NCBI RefSeq assembly: GCF_001194135.2
Contig: NC_068984.1
Location: 99,228,660 to 99,261,020 of the forward strand
Length of the DNA stretch: 32,361 nt
Origin: Octopus bimaculoides
Taxonomy: Eukaryota
Reading direction: 5' to 3'
Shown: piece by piece, positions 31,461 through 32,361 of the stretch
Layout: every line of letters begins with the position of its first letter
How positions within the stretch are numbered: position 1 is the stretch's first letter
The notes under the pieces: generated by a model
The model's input: only the letters and a program-made list of their open reading frames with translations
What the model was told of the DNA's origin: nothing
Database searches by the model: none
Program-made: the position numbers and the translations under genes

Positions 31461-32361
31461 AATCTTACCAGTTTCAGAAAAAAAGTGTCTAAAATCTATC
31501 AGTATAAAATGTTTATTTCGATCTCGTTTCAAAACAAAGAAAAAATAAATAAATAAATAAATAAATAAATAAAAGTGATGAAGCTGGTATAAAATTCCCT
31601 AGGGAGTTTAGGACCACTAATTTCTGAAGGAAAGTATCGTCAAAATACAAAAAAATAAGTGACAATAACAGCAGTAGCAGCAACAATAACAACAACAAAA
31701 CCAGCATGTATGGTTAACTTTGAATATATAGCATTACTTGAATTATTGAAGACAGCTCCCACCCAGTTTCTGTCTGTCAATACTTCTCTCCATCTTTCAG
31801 AACCACTCCCAAATTCTTTGTAATTGGTGTTGCTAAAGACTTAAAACATGGTTGAATTGATTCGCCCGTTTGACCCCAGTCTAAAAATAAAACCCCTTCA
31901 AAATTCTTTCAGTACAAAACAACCATTCAATACCATTTGTTGCTTGACCACTGCCTGGGTAAGTGCTTTTTTTTTCAACTCCAACTTTAGTTTTGATTCA
32001 CCTTACTTATTGAGACTGACTCAACATAAGTTCTATTTTTCATGTTTGAACCACTACGCCTTGTTTGAAAATCGATTAAGGTTGTTCATCTTTTTTTCAA
32101 TCTACGGAGAAATGGCTAAATTTGCCCTCTTTATAAATACACGTTATATATATATATAGACCACGATAATCGGCTCGGGATTCTCGCCAATGACTTTACT
32201 AAGGTCACTCGGGGCCCCAATTCGCCGTGAAACCATTTGGTAGCTGGTATCGTTACGAGGTCTATTTATATTTACCCACTTCTCTACCTGTAAAGTAAGC
32301 TCTCCTCCAGTTATATGGTTTTACCGTATATTATCATATATATATATATATATATATATAT

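Noticed and set aside
31243-31548. 101-aa ORF
   Set aside because: Runs through the GC-rich twin-hairpin repeat into A-rich sequence, with no recognisable domain or splice support.
31801-31958. Strong plus-strand acceptor (31800) and donor (31959) pair; alternative 46-nt exon 31913-31958
   Set aside because: All three frames of the long version contain stops and the short version is too small to evaluate. It could be a UTR exon but is unsupported.

Overview
AT-rich, repeat-saturated eukaryotic DNA with two assembly gaps (1865-2529, 29420-30017). The repeat complement and dense microsatellites look like an octopod cephalopod (Octopus-like) intron or intergenic region; this is an inference from repeat families, not a database match. 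No intact protein-coding gene is supported. All recognisable coding sequence is decayed transposon: Penelope-like elements (PLE; RT at 1-727, GIY-YIG C-terminus at about 26910-27108), a Tx1/L1 LINE, R4/Dong-type LINE pieces, RTE pieces, two DD37D (maT) transposases and a rearranged mariner. There are also hAT- and piggyBac-type MITEs and two tRNA-derived SINE families. The features most worth following up are: (i) a set of hammerhead ribozyme motifs, one with a complete core and extended stems at 27288-27361, preceded by a 43-nt tandem double-hairpin unit with a compensatory base change; (ii) an alternating-orientation array of a ~296-bp unit carrying pol III A/B boxes at 810-1840; (iii) a double SINE insertion with a triplicated target site; (iv) an internally deleted bipartite RTE; and (v) two speculative phase-compatible minus-strand exons. 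All alignments and folds were done by eye.
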